A stretch of 63,717 nt of DNA, the filler included, from Basidiobolus ranarum (Eukaryota): NCBI GenBank assembly GCA_040143965.1. It is 19 parts of 19 records of this genome, joined end to end, with 100 filler letters (N's around TTAATTAATTAA, not from the genome) between each part and the next. Parts side by side here need not be neighbours in the genome. Positions count along the whole stretch, not along the records: positions 60,473 to 63,717 come from JASJQH010009493.1; 18 more parts are not named here. The stretch is one strand, 5' to 3'. The position numbers were made by a program, and so were the translations under genes. The notes under the pieces were generated by a model. The model made no database searches and had not been told where the DNA came from. It worked only from the letters and a program-made list of their open reading frames with translations. This document shows positions 61,319 through 63,717 of this stretch, one piece after another (position 1 is the stretch's first letter; each line of letters opens with the position of its first letter).

Positions 61319-62477
61319 AATAATGCAAGAATTTGCAATTCCATATTGGAAATTTTAAACTTGTCCGAATTGCCCCAAATATAGCTCATTTTACTCCCAC
61401 AGATGTTCTGAACACAACCTCAGTGTTAGTTTTCTGTATTTCCACCAAAATGTATACATGCTCTATTTCTGGACAATAAATAATTATCTCACAAAGCTAT
61501 TCACAACTCCACTTTTCTAAAGTTCCTCCAAACAGCCCATATTTTCCCAATAGGCTATGAGCCCCATGTTCTAACCTTTACAGCATGACAGGAATCACTA
61601 CTACAACTTTTATTAACTCAAGTGTTGAAAAGCTTGATGGAGAAAATTACAATTTCTGGAAGTTCAAGATGCAAATCATGCTGGAAGACAGGGAGCTTTG
61701 GGATGTAGTCTCTGGAGATGAAAAGGAACCTTCTGACCCTTCTTTATTGGAAGCTTACAAGAAAAGAGACAAGAAGGCCTTTAATGTCATTTGTCAAAGT
61801 TTTAAGGATTCACAACTTGTGAATATTCAATAAGCAAAGACTTCCCTTCAAGCTTGGACTATATTGGAAGAGTATCATGAAGCAAAGAGTCTTGCTAATA
61901 GACTCTTTCTCAGACAAAACTTCTTCAATATAAAGATGGAAAGGTCTGAAAGCATGGCTACTCATATTGCAAATGTGAGATCTTTGGCAAAGCAACTGGA
62001 AAATGTTAGTGCAACTTTACAGGAAGAAGATGTCATTATGACTCTTCTAAGTAGTCTACCAGAACAGTATTCAAGCTTGGTCACAGCTTTGGAAGCAAGA
62101 TCTGACAAGTTGTCTCTGGAGTTTGTGGTAGCAAGGCTAATGTATCAACATCTCAGAAGTAAGAATTTGGAAAAAGAATCTGAGGAAGTGGCCCTTTTTG
62201 GAGCTGGAAATTGTAGCTTTGGCAAGTACAAAGGTTACAAGAGAAGGAAACCAGGTTTATGCTATGGTTGTAACAAACCAGGACACCAGATAAAAGATTG
62301 CAAATCAAGAAATTACAACAAAAATAAGAAGTCAGAACAAGCAAATCAGGTTTCAATCATAGAGGAAGTTTTGTTTATTTCTGCCCTATCAGTAACCTCT
62401 GAACAAAACAGTAGGTTGTGGTATATTGATTCTGGAGCCTCTCAACATTTCTCTAATCAAAAAAACTGGTTTAAGAC
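61319..62477 (+). mobile_element. Copia family A partial 5' LTR (to 61552), PBS (61553-61564) and gag-protease
   Basis: GGCTATGAGCCC, gag from 61585 with one stop, CYGCNKPGHQIKDC, WYIDSGASQH. Cut by a CACTA insertion. Confidence 0.93.
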
Positions 62478-63485
62478 CCCTAACAAAATTAAAATCAATT
62501 TGATCTGGATTGGATCCACCCTCCAAAAGAGCAAAACAATCCAAGAACCATCACAATATTGGTGGCTTGCATTCTGCCAGGGATTTTGATGGTGTGATGG
62601 TGGTTTTTTGATGGTATTTTGATGGTATTCATACATGTTAAAATATTGATCCTCAAATTTGGCATGCGTTATTCACTATCTGGCAATTTTTGCAAAAATA
62701 TAATTTTTGAATGGCAAATTACTTGGTTTACTGCTGAGGGAATTTGAATTAATTTGCATATTTATTATTTACATATTTTAGGCTTTGTATTCCAGCCATA
62801 ATGAGAATTGAAAAATACAAGAATCTTGTTCTGTTTAGTCTCTACATATGCACAGACTTGACTGATTAGACATAACTCAACAACATCAATATGCTTTACC
62901 AGCAAACTAACAGTGGAAAAATTGCTAAACATCTTAAATTTTGAATAGCACTGACACTTGGCAAATAGCTGACTCTTGTTACTGTTCACAGTGAGAATAA
63001 GTTCTTGGATTTTGGCAAATTTCCATAGAATATTCAGCCAATATATCCACAACTTGCAGTCAACAAATGTCCTGCTACAAGTAGATGTGTCATGGCTTGA
63101 ATAGATTACCCCATGGCTAAAACAATAATACTGCATATCTCCATCTATCTCTCCAAGAAGTCTGTCTTGCAGCTTTCCTAAAAATACCATCAGATTATCA
63201 CACAAGCAAATTAGTCCAATTATAGAGGTACTTACTCTGTGTCCATGGATTGGACTTTGTTGCTGTTATTGTGCTCAAACAATGCAAAAACCCATGAGCA
63301 CATTAAAAAGAGCCCTTTGTTGGTAGGTTAATATATGCTGGAGTCTCCTTAACCCATCATATTACATCCATGACTGATTTTGATGATATGTTGTAAATCA
63401 GATTAGCATACAGTAATACTGACAATTTCACATGGAGCATCATTTCACCGCAGGTGTGCTCCATTGGGAACTCCCAGAATGTATA
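62478..63485 (-). mobile_element. CACTA-like terminus B plus 3' region of transposase
   Basis: CCCTAACAAAATTAAAATC at 62478. Minus strand reads YTFWEFPMEHTCGEMM. Confidence 0.9.
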
Positions 63486-63717
63486 CCCTAACAAAAATAA
63501 AATCAATTTGATCCGGATCGGATCCACCCTCCAAAATAGCAAAACCATCAGAGAACTGTCACAATATTGTTGGCTTGCATTCTGCCAGGATTTTGATGGT
63601 GTGACGGCGGTTTCTTGACGGTATCTTGGCGGTATTCATACATGTTAAAATATTGATCCTCAAATTTGGCATGCGTTATTCAATATCCAGCAATTTTTGC
63701 AAAAATATAATTTTTGA
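63486..63717 (-). mobile_element. CACTA-like terminus B (young copy) nested in the previous copy
   Basis: CCCTAACAAAAATAAAATC start with TGACGG subterminal repeats. Interrupts the transposase just upstream of YTFWEF. Confidence 0.9.

Noticed and set aside
62478-62490. CCCT termini as piggyBac ends
   Set aside because: Not flanked by TTAA, and the linked transposase is Tnp2/En-Spm type.

Overview
This window is not contiguous genome. It is 19 unrelated contigs of about 3.25 kb, ordered by decreasing length (3271 to 3245 bp) and joined by identical 100-nt linkers (44 N + TTAATTAATTAA + 44 N), so adjacency is meaningful only within a contig. Short GT-AG introns, an AA11 LPMO, a PDR-type ABC transporter and fungal-type eIF1 indicate an AT-rich fungus; an early-diverging lineage such as Basidiobolus is my inference, not something the sequence proves. 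Most of the sequence is nested, decayed transposons: at least three Ty1/copia families (two with half-tRNA-iMet primer sites), a CACTA/En-Spm-type DNA transposon with CCCTAACA termini and an uncharacterised second ORF, several MITEs, and gypsy and piggyBac-like relics. Older CACTA copies show directional CpG to TpG/CpA decay. Host genes, mostly cut by contig ends, are a PDR ABC transporter, tRNA-Arg(CCG), a partial tRNA-Leu, an LRR protein, a DUF202 protein, AA11 LPMO-CBM5/12, catalase, eIF1/SUI1, carboxypeptidase Q and a secreted His/Ser repeat protein. The most interesting items are a tandem cluster of intronless, secreted, bacterial-type CHAP peptidoglycan hydrolase genes (candidate horizontally acquired antibacterial system), a structured RNA in eIF1 intron 2, and the reconstructable CCC-terminal transposon.
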